Below, in pieces: positions 19,484 through 30,239 of a stretch of 45,750 nt of DNA (position 1 is its first letter; each line of letters begins with the position of its first letter). The stretch is from Candidatus Hodarchaeaceae archaeon (lineage in GTDB: Archaea; Hadarchaeota; Hadarchaeia; Hadarchaeales; Hadarchaeaceae). The notes below the pieces were generated by a model. It ran no database searches, was not told the DNA's origin, and saw nothing but the letters and a program-made list of their open reading frames with translations. The stretch lies in NCBI GenBank assembly GCA_030018135.1, contig JASEGJ010000008.1, positions 1 to 45,750 of the forward strand, written 5' to 3'. Made by a program: the position numbers and the translations under genes.

Positions 19484-20836
19484 ATGGGCAAGCTTTTTGG
19501 CACATCCGGCATTCGGGGCATGGTAAACAGGGACCTCACCCCGGAACTCGCGCTTGACGTGGGATTGGCCCTCGCAACCTGCCTCAAAAACCGCGGCGCC
19601 GTCGTTGTGGGTAAGGACCCTCGCACCTCAAGCGATATGTTCGAAAGTTGCTTGGCATCCGGCCTGTTGTCCGGTGGCTGTGATGTTAAAAAGCTCGGCA
19701 TCGTGCCAACGCCAGTTGCCGGCTTTGCGGCGCGTCGCTTGGGCGCGAGGGCTGGTGCGATGATCACGGCTTCGCACAACCCGCCCGAGTACAACGGCAT
19801 AAAATTTTGGGGCAACGATGGCATGGCATATACGCCCGAGCAGGAGGCGAGGGTCGAAGCGATCTATTTCAAAAAAAAGTTGAAGCCAGTTGCGTGGGAC
19901 AGGATAGGCGGGGTCGAAGAGGTCGACGTCCTAGCCGAATACATGGATGAGATAGCGGGCTCGATTTCACTGAGCCGCAACTATAAGGTTGTACTCGACT
20001 GCGGAAACGGCGCGGGCGCTTTAGTAACTCCCCATGTGCTCCGCAGGTTGGGCTGCAAGGTCATAACGCTCAACTCCCAGCTGGACGGGTTCTTCCCCGG
20101 CAGGCGGCTGGAGCCGACGCCCGAAAACCTGCGGGAGCTATCCAGCGTTGTGAAATCACTTGACGCTGATATCGGCTTTGCGCACGACGGCGACGCGGAC
20201 CGAATAGCCGCTGTCGATGAAAACGGCAGGGTGGCGCAACCCGATAAGCTTTTGGCACTGATCTCGGCGCATCAGTTGAGGAGGAGAGGCGATATCGTCG
20301 TGACCACGGTGGACGCCTCGAGCGTTGTCGATGAATGCGTCGGCGCGAAGGGGGGCAAGGTGGTGAGGACGAGGGTCGGCGACGTGAGCGTGGCGGCGGG
20401 GATCAAGGAGCGGGGCGCGATATTCGGCGGGGAGCCCAGCGGCGCTTGGATATTCCCAAGCGTCCATCTCGCGCCGGACGGGCCGCTCGCCGCGGTCAAA
20501 ATCTTAGAATTCCTCGATGTAGCTGGCAGAAGGCTCTCCGAACTACTTGACGAGGTGCCTGAATACCCGACGGTGAGGAAGAAAATGGCTTGCCCCAATG
20601 AAAAGAAAGCCGCGGTCATGAAAAAATTGAGGGCGAGGCTGAAAAGAGATTTCACGGGCGTCACCCGCGTACTGACCATCGACGGCGTCCGGCTTTCTTT
20701 CGAGGATGGCAGCTGGATCCTGATCAGGCCCTCCGGAACCGAGCCGTACATTCGCGTGACGGCCGAAGGCAAAAATAAGGAGGACGCCGGGGAAAAGGCC
20801 AAAAAAGCCGTCGGACTCCTGAAATCTTTAGGTTAA
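19484..20836 (+). CDS. glmM: Phosphoglucosamine mutase / phosphohexomutase
   Basis: LFGTSGIRG, TASHNP, DGDADR, GGEPSG, IRPSGTEP. Confidence 0.93.
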   Translation: MGKLFGTSGIRGMVNRDLTPELALDVGLALATCLKNRGAVVVGKDPRTSSDMFESCLASGLLSGGCDVKKLGIVPTPVAGFAARRLGARAGAMITASHNPPEYNGIKFWGNDGMAYTPEQEARVEAIYFKKKLKPVAWDRIGGVEEVDVLAEYMDEIAGSISLSRNYKVVLDCGNGAGALVTPHVLRRLGCKVITLNSQLDGFFPGRRLEPTPENLRELSSVVKSLDADIGFAHDGDADRIAAVDENGRVAQPDKLLALISAHQLRRRGDIVVTTVDASSVVDECVGAKGGKVVRTRVGDVSVAAGIKERGAIFGGEPSGAWIFPSVHLAPDGPLAAVKILEFLDVAGRRLSELLDEVPEYPTVRKKMACPNEKKAAVMKKLRARLKRDFTGVTRVLTIDGVRLSFEDGSWILIRPSGTEPYIRVTAEGKNKEDAGEKAKKAVGLLKSLG

Positions 20837-21021
20837 CGCGCGACGATACTTTGAACTTATGGGCCCCCAGCGCCCTCAAATGCTCGAGAAAATACAACTA
20901 TACAACTAACTAGTTGATTTGTTTAACTTTAAAACAGGCCTCGATGTTGAATTTTGGCTTACCCGATGCATGAGGTACTATATATTATTAGACTAGCCGC
21001 CAAAATTTATTTGGGGGACTA

Positions 21022-22329
21022 ATGAAAGCAGTCGTCTTGGCCGCAGGTTTGGGCACCAGGATGCGGCCGCTAACGTTCACGAAGCCAAAGTTCTTGCTGC
21101 CCGTGGCTGGGAAGCCAGCCATGGATCACGTAATTTCGCTCTTAAAAGATATGGGGATAAACGAAGTCGGCATGGTCGTCGGCTATGGGAAGGAGCAGAT
21201 AATGGAGCGCTATGGCGACGGCTCAAATTTTGGGATAAAACTCACCTATCTCCACCAGCAGGAGTTGCTCGGGACCGCAAATGCCCTTGCGCTTGCCGAA
21301 GATTTTATCGCTGGCGAACACTTCGTCGTGATGAATGGCGATACGCTCGTGGATCGGGAGTCCCTCGGCCTCCTTCTAAAGCGCCACGAGGAGGTAGGAT
21401 CCAACCCAGCTTTTGGGGGCATCGTCTCAACGATAGAGGTCGAAGAACCCGAGCAATTTGGGATCATCTTCCTTGACGGAGATAGGGTCAGCGAAATTGT
21501 CGAGAAACCGAAGGAGGTCAAAAGCAGGCTGGCAAATGCTGGCGTGTACATCCTCGATTCAGCTATCTTTGATGCGATAAGGAAAACAAAAAAATCCGAA
21601 CGCGGTGAGTACGAGCTAACCGCGTCAATTCAAATTCTGATAGGCTGGGGCAAGGATACTTATGTTTCCCCCCTAAACCTCTGGGCTGACATCGGCAGGC
21701 CTTGGGACCTTTTGGTGGCAAATGAATATTTCATGAAGGGCCAGAGAGGCGAGATCCTCGGCAGGGTCGAGGTCGGCGCTTATATCGAGGATACCGTCCG
21801 AGTTGGCGAGGGCTCAAGGATACGCTCGGGTTCGTATATCGAGGGGCCGACCTACATCGGTAGAAACTGCGACATCGGTCCGAACTGTTTTATAAGGCCC
21901 TGTACGAGCATTGGCGACAACGTCAGGATAGGTAATGGAGTGGAGATCAAAAACAGCATCATAATGGACAATACGCACATCGCGCATCTCTCGTACGTTG
22001 GCGATAGCGTCATAGGCAGCAACTGCAACTTGGGCGCCGGCACGACCGTCGCAAACTTACGCTTGGATGAGGGAGAGATCAAGATGGAAATCAGTGGTAG
22101 CATGATCGGCACTGGAAGGAGAAAGTTGGGAACGATAATTGCGGATAATGTCAAAACTGGCGTTAATTGTATGATCAATCCGGGCGTAAAGATCGGTCCG
22201 AATGCAGCCATAGGGCCTGGAGCTGTGGTTTACGAGGATGTTCCGCCAAACATGCTTGTGCTCGCAAAGCCGCAAATGGAAAAGAGGAAGTGGCTGGGGG
22301 AAAGAGGGGAAGGCGAAGGTAGCGAGTGA
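21022..22329 (+). CDS. glmU: Bifunctional sugar-1-phosphate nucleotidylyltransferase/acetyltransferase (GlmU-like)
   Basis: LAAGLGTRMRPLT, hexapeptide repeats, HLSYVGDS, NLGAGT. Confidence 0.88.
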   Translation: MKAVVLAAGLGTRMRPLTFTKPKFLLPVAGKPAMDHVISLLKDMGINEVGMVVGYGKEQIMERYGDGSNFGIKLTYLHQQELLGTANALALAEDFIAGEHFVVMNGDTLVDRESLGLLLKRHEEVGSNPAFGGIVSTIEVEEPEQFGIIFLDGDRVSEIVEKPKEVKSRLANAGVYILDSAIFDAIRKTKKSERGEYELTASIQILIGWGKDTYVSPLNLWADIGRPWDLLVANEYFMKGQRGEILGRVEVGAYIEDTVRVGEGSRIRSGSYIEGPTYIGRNCDIGPNCFIRPCTSIGDNVRIGNGVEIKNSIIMDNTHIAHLSYVGDSVIGSNCNLGAGTTVANLRLDEGEIKMEISGSMIGTGRRKLGTIIADNVKTGVNCMINPGVKIGPNAAIGPGAVVYEDVPPNMLVLAKPQMEKRKWLGERGEGEGSE

Positions 22330-22342
22330 AGGAAGAGTTGAC

Positions 22343-22675
22343 ATGAGTGAATATACGCGCGAGGAATTCCGCAGAAAATTCCCGAATATAGCCAAAGAGA
22401 TGGGCGGAGCCGGCACCATTCAAATCAATGCGGTGCGAACTAGCGCCAAAGAGGCGGAAAAGGTGGCCCACAGCGTCCAGGGCTACGAGCCGACGGCGAT
22501 AGATTACATCAGGCGTTGTGAGAATGACCAGCAGGCGATTGAAATAATCAACTTCCTTGAGGCACGGGGCGAGATCGAACCGGCCTACGCGAAAAGATTG
22601 CGCAGCCAGCTAACCCGAGAGGGCGTGCGCAGCTTCGGCTCAAAGAAGAACCCGGGATATTACGAGCAGGGTTAG
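22343..22675 (+). CDS. DUF2095 family protein
   Basis: EEFRRKFPNIAKE, GYEPTAIDYIRRC, GVRSFGSKK.PGYY. Confidence 0.85.
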   Translation: MSEYTREEFRRKFPNIAKEMGGAGTIQINAVRTSAKEAEKVAHSVQGYEPTAIDYIRRCENDQQAIEIINFLEARGEIEPAYAKRLRSQLTREGVRSFGSKKNPGYYEQG

Positions 22676-22677
22676 GC

Positions 22678-23880
22678 ATGCTTGAACTCGGCTTGGTGGG
22701 CAAACCAAACACCGGCAAGACTACCTTCTTCAACGCCGCGACACTCGCGCACGCACCGGTGGCGGGCTATCCGTTCACGACCATAGATGCCAACGTTGGC
22801 GTCACCTATGTGCGGAGCGAGTGCCCGTGTCGTGAGTTTCACTTGACGTGCAACGCACAGAACTCGAAGTGCGTCGATGGCATCAGGTATGTTCCCGTCC
22901 GAATAATCGATGTCGCCGGCCTGGTCGAGGGGGCGCACATGGGCAGGGGCTTGGGCAACAGATTTCTCGACAACCTCAGGATGGCGGCGGCCTTGATCCA
23001 CGTTATAGATGCTGCCGGTTCCACCGATGCCGAGGGCAAGCCCTGCCCGCCCGGTACCCATGATCCCCTGCAGGATATCTGGTTCCCCGAAGTTGAGGTG
23101 GCACTCTGGCTGCGTGGACTGCTCGCGAAGGATTGGCCGAAGTTCGCGCGAAGGGCGAAGTACGAGGAGCTCGACTTGGTCAAGGTGATCGCCGAGCGCC
23201 TGAGTGGGCTGGGCATCAAGGAAAAACATGTCGCCTCGGCTCTGCGAGATGCTGGGGTCGATCGTTCCAATCCGGATAAATGGTCAGCTGATGACCTGCT
23301 GCGCTTTGTGTCGGAACTCAGAAAGGTGAGCAAGCCGATTATGGTTGCGGCGAATAAGGCGGATTTGCCGGAGGCCGAGCCCAACATCGAGCGCCTGCGC
23401 GAGCGCGGTTACCTCGTCGTCCCCACCTGTTCTGACGCCGAGTTGGTGCTTCGCCGGGCGGCCGAGAAAGGCCTCATAAGCTATAAGCCCGGCGACGGTG
23501 ATTTCGAGGTCCTTAAACCAGATGCCCTAACCGAGCAGCAACTTGGCGCGCTCGAGTTCATCCAAAAGCTATTAGGGAAATGGGGCTCCACGGGGGTACA
23601 GCAAGTAATAGACAAGGCTGTTTATGAGTTGCTTGAATTAATAGTCGTTTACCCAGTCGAGGACGAGAACAAACTCATCGATAAAAAGGGCAACGTGCTG
23701 CCGGATGCCTTTCTGGTGCCGCGGGGCACCACGGCACGTGAATTTGCATACATAATACACACAGAACTCGGCGAGTCATTTATCCACGCAATTGACGCTC
23801 GAACCAAGAGGCGCGTGGGCGAGGATTACGCGCTCAAGGACAGGGATGTCATTCGAATAGTCGCGGCTAAGGGTAGGTAA
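22678..23880 (+). CDS. ychF: Obg-family ATPase/GTPase YchF (archaeal type)
   Basis: GKPNTGKTT, YPFTTI, DVAGLV, GLGN.FL, NKAD, C-terminal TGS domain. Confidence 0.95.
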   Translation: MLELGLVGKPNTGKTTFFNAATLAHAPVAGYPFTTIDANVGVTYVRSECPCREFHLTCNAQNSKCVDGIRYVPVRIIDVAGLVEGAHMGRGLGNRFLDNLRMAAALIHVIDAAGSTDAEGKPCPPGTHDPLQDIWFPEVEVALWLRGLLAKDWPKFARRAKYEELDLVKVIAERLSGLGIKEKHVASALRDAGVDRSNPDKWSADDLLRFVSELRKVSKPIMVAANKADLPEAEPNIERLRERGYLVVPTCSDAELVLRRAAEKGLISYKPGDGDFEVLKPDALTEQQLGALEFIQKLLGKWGSTGVQQVIDKAVYELLELIVVYPVEDENKLIDKKGNVLPDAFLVPRGTTAREFAYIIHTELGESFIHAIDARTKRRVGEDYALKDRDVIRIVAAKGR

Positions 23881-23976
23881 ACCATTTTTACGGCGCCTGA
23901 GCTTGGGGTCGCGGGCTATGGGTGCAAAAGTTATAAGATGTTCTTTACCTTAGTTTCTCGTAAAAACCGAGGGGAA

Positions 23977-24921
23977 GTGAGATCCTTGACCAGAATTTTG
24001 ATCACAGATCCAATACATGAAGATGGCATCAGATTGCTGAAGGAAGTTGGCCGCGTGAATGTTAAAACAGGGATGACCAACAAACAGTTGCTGCGGGAGA
24101 TAGGGAGCTATGATGTCCTAGTGGTTAGAAGTGCAACGAAGGTCTCAAAGGAAGTTATTGAGGCAGGCAAAAAATTAAGGATGATTGCTAGGGCAGGAGT
24201 TGGACTAGACAACATCGATGTCGAAGCCGCCGAGCGCCGAAATATCAAGGTCGTCAACTCGCCGGAAGCATTGACGATAGCGGTGGCCGAGCTGACGCTC
24301 GGGCTGATGCTCTCCTTGGCTAGGCAGATACCAAGCGCCGATTTCAGCACAAAACGGGGGCGGTGGGAGAAGGCAAAGTTTATGGGCATGGAACTGCGGG
24401 ACAAGACGCTGGGCATCGTCGGCACGGGACGCATAGGCAGGGCGGTGGGTTATAAGGCCAAGGCGTTTCTCATGAATTTGTTGGCTTACGATGTCGCTCC
24501 AAACAAAGAATTCAAAGAAAAAACTGGCTGCAAATATGTCGACCTACAAACCCTCCTGAGGGGGTCCGACTTTGTGACGCTGCACGTTGCGCTCACTTCT
24601 CAAACGAGGCATATGATAAGCAAGCGCGAGCTGGGCTTGATGAAACCAACCGCATTCTTGATCAACACCTCGCGCGGGGAGGTCGTCGACGAAGCGGCGT
24701 TGGTTGAAGCGCTTAGGGGGAAGCGAATAGCCGGGGCAGCCCTCGATGTCTACGAGAAGGAGCCCCCGCTCAGCAGTCCTCTCCTCAAGCTCGACAACGT
24801 CATTCTGACCCCGCACATCGGCGCCTCCACCATCGAGGCGCAGCGCGAGGCCAGCGTCATTGTGGCGAGGAAGATCAAGGAAAGCTTTGGACTAATGATT
24901 TATAGCTTGCCCCGAGAGTAG
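23977..24921 (+). CDS. D-isomer 2-hydroxyacid dehydrogenase (SerA-like, no ACT domain)
   Basis: RAGVGLDNID, GTGRIG, INTSRG, LDVYEKEP, TPHIGAST; start approximate. Confidence 0.9.
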   Translation: MRSLTRILITDPIHEDGIRLLKEVGRVNVKTGMTNKQLLREIGSYDVLVVRSATKVSKEVIEAGKKLRMIARAGVGLDNIDVEAAERRNIKVVNSPEALTIAVAELTLGLMLSLARQIPSADFSTKRGRWEKAKFMGMELRDKTLGIVGTGRIGRAVGYKAKAFLMNLLAYDVAPNKEFKEKTGCKYVDLQTLLRGSDFVTLHVALTSQTRHMISKRELGLMKPTAFLINTSRGEVVDEAALVEALRGKRIAGAALDVYEKEPPLSSPLLKLDNVILTPHIGASTIEAQREASVIVARKIKESFGLMIYSLPRE

Positions 24922-24938
24922 GAATCCTGCTGGAGGCG

Positions 24939-25520
24939 ATGATGGTGTATAGGCAGATCAGGGAGGCGTGGGCATCGCAGGAGGGCTACATAAGCGAGCT
25001 GATGCGTCAGCGCATGCGAGAGTGGCGAAAAGGTCCGGCGATAGTGCGGGTTGAAAAGCCGACCAGACTGGACCGCGCTCGATCACTCGGTTATAAGGCG
25101 AAGCAGGGCGTAATCGTCGTCCGCGCGCGAATCCGCAAGGGCGGCAGGCGGAAGGAGCGGCCATCTCGCGGGCGCAGGCCGAAACGCATGGGCGTCAGAA
25201 AACTCGTGCCGAAGAAGAGCATCCAGCTGATGGCAGAGGAGCGGGCGGTGAGGAGGTATCCCAACCTTGAGGTGCTCAACTCGTACCCGCTCGGGGATGA
25301 TGGTCAGCATCACTATTTTGAGGTAATCCTGCTGGACCCCGATCACCCTGCCGTCCGCAGCGACCCGGAGCTAGGGCGGATAGCCGAAGCGGGCCAGAGG
25401 GGAAGGGTGCACCGTGGCCTCACCCGCGCCGGGAGGAAGTCGAGGGGGCTGTTGCGCGAGGGCAAGGGGGCCGAGAAGGTTCGGCCCAGCGTTCGGGCTA
25501 GCCGCGGCGAACGCGAGTGA
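24939..25520 (+). CDS. rpl15e: 50S ribosomal protein L15e
   Basis: PTRLDRARSLGYKAKQG, NLEVLNSY, RGLTRAGRKSRGL. Confidence 0.97.
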   Translation: MMVYRQIREAWASQEGYISELMRQRMREWRKGPAIVRVEKPTRLDRARSLGYKAKQGVIVVRARIRKGGRRKERPSRGRRPKRMGVRKLVPKKSIQLMAEERAVRRYPNLEVLNSYPLGDDGQHHYFEVILLDPDHPAVRSDPELGRIAEAGQRGRVHRGLTRAGRKSRGLLREGKGAEKVRPSVRASRGERE

Positions 25521-25981
25521 ACGTTATGGAACTTCCATTTCGAAGCGCCGCCGTTGACGCGTTTGTCCACGCGACGGAGGATGAACAAAGGGTCCTCGCC
25601 GCACTGCAAGCCCTGCTGCCGGAGGGGGTAGAGGTCCGGAGGACGAGGCTGAAGGGTCACTACGGCAACCCGATCGTCTCCCTGCATGCCTCGATCGGGC
25701 GAAGAAAGTTACTGCACGAGCTCTGGCGGTGCTTCTCGACCAAGTTGCGCGCCGGCGAGTTGGATAAACTCGGCAAGATCGCCTCGGGGAGGATTGACGG
25801 CACATGCCGCCTCCACCTGAGGCTCGATAAGCAGCTCGCGCATGCGGGCGAATTCGCGTTGAGCGACGGCGGGGATGTCATTCACCTCAAGTTGAAAATC
25901 GACGCCTATCCCGCCAAGCAAAGGGTGGCGGCTAAACTGGTGGAGGAATTCATCGCGGCGACGCGTCGCGGAAACTTTTGA
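25517..25981 (+). CDS. DUF54 RNA-binding protein of the exosome superoperon
   Basis: FVHATEDEQRV, GHYGNPI, LRLDKQ, AYPAK. Confidence 0.9.
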   Translation: MNVMELPFRSAAVDAFVHATEDEQRVLAALQALLPEGVEVRRTRLKGHYGNPIVSLHASIGRRKLLHELWRCFSTKLRAGELDKLGKIASGRIDGTCRLHLRLDKQLAHAGEFALSDGGDVIHLKLKIDAYPAKQRVAAKLVEEFIAATRRGNF

Positions 25982-25992
25982 AGTGACGGAAA

Positions 25993-26307
25993 ATGAGGCC
26001 GAAGCGCAGGTACATCGCCTTTCGGATCGTCGGTGAAAGGGTCGGCAAGAAAGAGGTCACGGGGGCGCTGAATTCGTTGATCCAGCGGCTTCCCTCGAGT
26101 CTAGGCGGGGCGGAGGTGAAGCCATATCTTGTCTTTTTCGAGGCGCCCTCGCAACGCGGGCTGTTGAGGTGCGGGCATAAACTGGTCGACGAGGTTAAGG
26201 CAGGGATGGGAGAAGCCGAGAGGATCGATGGCAAAAAGGCGAGATTTGCGATCCTCGGCGTGTCGGGTACCATAAGGGCTGCTAAGCGAAAGTTTCTCTC
26301 GGACTGA
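25993..26307 (+). CDS. rnp2: RNase P protein Pop5/Rpp14
   Basis: RPKRRYIAF...GLLRC.H...ILGVSGTIRAAKRKFL. Confidence 0.9.
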   Translation: MRPKRRYIAFRIVGERVGKKEVTGALNSLIQRLPSSLGGAEVKPYLVFFEAPSQRGLLRCGHKLVDEVKAGMGEAERIDGKKARFAILGVSGTIRAAKRKFLSD

Positions 26308-26322
26308 TGTACATAAAATCGG

Positions 26323-27336
26323 CTACGCGCCCCGAACTCCAATCAAGTGGCAGGCCACGTAATGGCCGTTCTCCACATCGGCAAATTCCGGCTCCTTCTC
26401 CCTGCATATCGGCTTCGCGTAGGGGCACCTCGGATGGAACCTGCAGCCCGGCGGGGGGTCTATCGCGCTCGGTATTTCACCCCTTAGCAAGGTGCCCTCG
26501 GGCTTGTACTTCGGGTCCGGAACTGGAACGGCCGCAAGCAGAGATTGCGTGTAAGGGTGCAGGGTGTTCTCGCGCAACTCCTCCTGGGGCGCCAGCTCCA
26601 CTATCTTCCCAACGTACATCACCGCGATCCTATCGCTCATGTGCTCGACGATGTTCAGGTCATGGGAGATGAGGAGGTAGGTGAAATCGAACTTTTTGCG
26701 GAGGTCGCTCAATAAATTGAGTATGTGGGCCTGAACTGACACATCTAGGGCCGAGGTTGGCTCGTCCAAGACGACGAAGTCGGGGTTTACAGCTAATATC
26801 CTAGCGATCGCTATCCTCTGTTGCTGTCCACCGCTGAACTCGTGCGGGAATCTGTCAAGATGCTCTGGACCCAAGCCCACCTCCTTGAGCACGTCCAACA
26901 CTATTTTTTCCTTTTCCTCCCCATGGGCTATGCCATGGATTTCAAGTGGCCTGCCGACCAACTCCGAGACCGTCATCCTGGGGTTCAGCGACGACTGAGG
27001 ATGCTGGTATACGACCCCCATCCTCCTCCTCAGCCTTCGCAACTCCTCGTCGCTCAACATCGCCAAGTTGCGGCCGTCGAAGTAAATCTTGCCAGCGGTG
27101 GGTCTAATTAGTCCCAAAATCAACTTTCCCACCGTCGTCTTCCCGCAGCCGCTTTCGCCCACCAAGCCGAAGACCTCGCCCTTTTCGATGTGGAAATCCA
27201 CGTCATCGACCGCTCGAACCCACCTAACCTTTCGCGCGAAAATTCCCTTCTTCGTCTCGAAATATTTCTTCAGGCCTTCGACCACAACCGGATTTTCCTT
27301 TGGATCCTCAGCTTCCACCGATTTCGCTTTTGTCAT
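26323..27336 (-). CDS. dppF: Peptide/nickel-family ABC transporter ATPase (DppF/OppF)
   Basis: [29 protein letters not shown] and C-terminal CRFHPRC. Confidence 0.93.
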   Translation of the reverse strand: MTKAKSVEAEDPKENPVVVEGLKKYFETKKGIFARKVRWVRAVDDVDFHIEKGEVFGLVGESGCGKTTVGKLILGLIRPTAGKIYFDGRNLAMLSDEELRRLRRRMGVVYQHPQSSLNPRMTVSELVGRPLEIHGIAHGEEKEKIVLDVLKEVGLGPEHLDRFPHEFSGGQQQRIAIARILAVNPDFVVLDEPTSALDVSVQAHILNLLSDLRKKFDFTYLLISHDLNIVEHMSDRIAVMYVGKIVELAPQEELRENTLHPYTQSLLAAVPVPDPKYKPEGTLLRGEIPSAIDPPPGCRFHPRCPYAKPICREKEPEFADVENGHYVACHLIGVRGA

Positions 27337-28331
27337 TTGCCCACACCCTCGCCGAATAGATGACATCGCACTAAATGTTCCTTTTCGACCTCAATCGTGT
27401 TTGGGTTTTCTTTTTTACAGATGTCCATGGCGTAGGGACATCTCGGATGAAACCTGCAGCCCGGCGGGGGGTTGACTAGGCTGGGGACCGTCCCCGGGAT
27501 GGTCACGAGTTCCCCTCGCTTGACATCCGCCTTCGGTATCGCCTTGAGCAGGGCTTGGGTATAGGGGTGCTTCGGGCTCTCGAATAGGGCGAGGAGATCG
27601 GCTTCCTCCACGATGTTGCCAGCGTACATCACGGCAACCCTATCGCACATCTGGGCTATCACTCCCAGATTATGGGTGATGATAAGGATGGACGTGTTGA
27701 GCCTCCGCCTCAGCTCCCTCATCAACTCGAGTATTTGCGCCTGAATGGTCACGTCCAGCGCGGTCGTGGGCTCATCGGCTATGAGCAGGGATGGGTTGCA
27801 CGAAAGCATCATGGCTATCATCGAGCGCTGCTTCATTCCCCCGCTGAACTGGTGCGGGTACTCGACTACCCTAACCTCCGGGTCCGGCATGCCGACCAGC
27901 TTTAGCATCTCCACCACCTTTTTTGGCACATCCTCGGGACTTATCAAGTGTTCCTCGATGACCTGATGCAGCTCTATGGGCTCCGCTATTTGGTCGCCTA
28001 CGGTAAAGACCGGATCCAGTGCGGTATGGGGGTCCTGAAATATCATCGAGATCTCGCTCCCCCTTAAGCGCCTCATCCCCTCCTCGCTTTTTTTGAGCAG
28101 ATCCTCTCCCCTGAAAATGATCCTGCCTGTGACGATCTTGCCCGGCGGGCTGGGGATCAACCTCAGTATCGATAGGGCGGTGACCGTCTTCCCGCAGCCG
28201 CTTTCGCCCACCAAGCCGAGGATCTCCCCCTTGCGCAAGTCGAAGCTCACCCCATCGACCGCCTTCACCACGCCCTCGTCCATGAAGAAGTACGTCTTCA
28301 ACCCTCGCACCTTGAGCAATGGCCTCGTCAC
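27333..28331 (-). CDS. dppD: Peptide/nickel-family ABC transporter ATPase (DppD/OppD)
   Basis: [33 protein letters not shown]. Confidence 0.93.
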   Translation of the reverse strand: MTRPLLKVRGLKTYFFMDEGVVKAVDGVSFDLRKGEILGLVGESGCGKTVTALSILRLIPSPPGKIVTGRIIFRGEDLLKKSEEGMRRLRGSEISMIFQDPHTALDPVFTVGDQIAEPIELHQVIEEHLISPEDVPKKVVEMLKLVGMPDPEVRVVEYPHQFSGGMKQRSMIAMMLSCNPSLLIADEPTTALDVTIQAQILELMRELRRRLNTSILIITHNLGVIAQMCDRVAVMYAGNIVEEADLLALFESPKHPYTQALLKAIPKADVKRGELVTIPGTVPSLVNPPPGCRFHPRCPYAMDICKKENPNTIEVEKEHLVRCHLFGEGVGK

Positions 28332-28334
28332 AGG

Positions 28335-29240
28335 CTATCCCCTCAACCTCGGATCAAACGCGTCCCTCAACGCGTCTCCTAGGAAGTTGAAACCCAGAAC
28401 AGTTACTATAATAGCTATTCCCGGGAATATCGACATCCAAGGCATCTCCGCTAAAAACCTGCTATGCTCGCGGAGCATCGCCCCCCAGTCAGGCGTCGGG
28501 GGCATTATCCCCAACCCGAGAAAGCTCATGGCCGAGGACAAAAGGATCGCCGCGGGCAGCGTCATCGTCGCGAGTACTATGAGGGGAGATACTATATTTG
28601 GCAATACGTACCGAAGGATTATGCTTCTGTCCTTCTCCCCGATCGCTCGGGCGGCCTCGATGTATACTTCCTCCTTTACTGCCAAGGTCTGGCCGCGCGT
28701 CAGCCTAGCATATCCGGCCCAACCGGTTATCGACAGCGCGATTACCAAATTGTAAATACCGGGGCCAAAAAATCCGACAAATGCGACGGCCAGCACCAAG
28801 CCGGGGAACGCGATTACCGCATCCACTATCCTCATCATGACCCCGTCAACCTTACCGCCGCGATAGCCAGCTATCAACCCATAGGGTACGCCGATCACGG
28901 CCTCCACCGTGACGAGCAAGATCCCTATCGTCAGCGCGATCCTGGAAGCGTAAATGATCCTGCTAAAGATACATCTGCCGAGGTCATCCGTTCCCAAGGG
29001 ATATTTTCCGCCGGGGGGCAGAAGCTTGTCCTCCAAGCGCTGCACCTCTGGGTCATGTGGGGCTATGAAATCCGCAAATATCGCCACCGTGATGACCGCC
29101 AGCACGATTCCCAATCCAACCCACGCCCGCTTATCCCGCTTTAGGTACCTGAAGGTGGGCGACCTGCTCTTCCTTTTTAAATAACCGTAAATCCCACCGC
29201 CGACGTTTTTTGCCACGTTTGAAGACGCCACTGATCTCAC
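28335..29240 (-). CDS. dppC: Peptide ABC transporter permease (DppC)
   Basis: [16 protein letters not shown] (EAA loop), LSFLGLG-like, [11 protein letters not shown]. Confidence 0.93.
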   Translation of the reverse strand: MRSVASSNVAKNVGGGIYGYLKRKSRSPTFRYLKRDKRAWVGLGIVLAVITVAIFADFIAPHDPEVQRLEDKLLPPGGKYPLGTDDLGRCIFSRIIYASRIALTIGILLVTVEAVIGVPYGLIAGYRGGKVDGVMMRIVDAVIAFPGLVLAVAFVGFFGPGIYNLVIALSITGWAGYARLTRGQTLAVKEEVYIEAARAIGEKDRSIILRYVLPNIVSPLIVLATMTLPAAILLSSAMSFLGLGIMPPTPDWGAMLREHSRFLAEMPWMSIFPGIAIIVTVLGFNFLGDALRDAFDPRLRG

Positions 29241-29251
29241 CCTCTCTCCGC

Positions 29252-30184
29252 CTATCTTCTCTCCTCGTACCTTATGCGCGGGTTGAGGTACGCGTATGTG
29301 ATATCACAGAGGAGATTAGCTACGACCGCCAACACGACAAACATCAACATGACCCCGAGAACTGTGAGGAAGTCCGGCGCCGTGCCAAGTATCGAATCGA
29401 CCATAAGCCTTCCCATGCCCGGCCATGAGAATACTTTTTCTATCACGACCGTGCCGCCAAATAGGAACGGAAGTCGCAGAAACAATATGGTGACCACGGG
29501 GATGAATGCATTCCTCAACGCGTGTTTGTAAATGACCGCCCTTTCTCGAAGCCCCTTCGCCCTAGCTGTCCTTATGTAGTCCTGCCTGAGTACATCCAAC
29601 ATGCTCGACCTAGTTAATCTGGCCACTGAACCAGCCTGACTTGTCCCAAGAGTGATGGCTGGCAGTATCAAATATTCTATGCCGCCGTAGCCCGCGATTG
29701 GGAACCAGCCCAACCATATCCCAAATATCAATATTGCCATCAGCCCCTGCCAAAAGTTCGGTATGGAAACGCCGAAGAGCGCGATCCCCATACCCGTGTA
29801 GTCGACCCAAGTCTTTCGCCTAAGCGCCGCGATGATCCCGAGTGGAATGCCCATCGCCAGCGACACCATAAAGGCGGCGATGGTCAGCTCGAGCGTGCGC
29901 GGGAGCCTCTCAAGTATTAGTTGCGAAACGGGCGCACCCCACTTCCAAGACCTCCCGAGGTCTCCTCTGACGACCTTGCTCAGCCATATGAAATATTGCT
30001 CGTAAAGGGGCTTATCGAGTCCATAGGCGATTCGTATGCTCTCAATCTGCTCAGGACCTGCCATTGGGCCGGCTATCCTCGCCGCCGGATCGCCCGTACC
30101 AAACATTAATAAAAAAGTCGCAAGCGACACGCCTAACAATATGGGAATTATCGTTAGCAGCCTCTTCGCGATGAACTTGTACAT
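29252..30184 (-). CDS. dppB: Peptide ABC transporter permease (DppB)
   Basis: GLDKPLYEQY, GDLGRS, DYIRTARAKGL, HALRNA, LNPRIR. Confidence 0.94.
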   Translation of the reverse strand: MYKFIAKRLLTIIPILLGVSLATFLLMFGTGDPAARIAGPMAGPEQIESIRIAYGLDKPLYEQYFIWLSKVVRGDLGRSWKWGAPVSQLILERLPRTLELTIAAFMVSLAMGIPLGIIAALRRKTWVDYTGMGIALFGVSIPNFWQGLMAILIFGIWLGWFPIAGYGGIEYLILPAITLGTSQAGSVARLTRSSMLDVLRQDYIRTARAKGLRERAVIYKHALRNAFIPVVTILFLRLPFLFGGTVVIEKVFSWPGMGRLMVDSILGTAPDFLTVLGVMLMFVVLAVVANLLCDITYAYLNPRIRYEERR

Positions 30185-30239
30185 TTTTCTGCCCTAATTA
30201 TTTTTTGTAAGCCCCGTCGATATAAGGATGAACCGTGAT

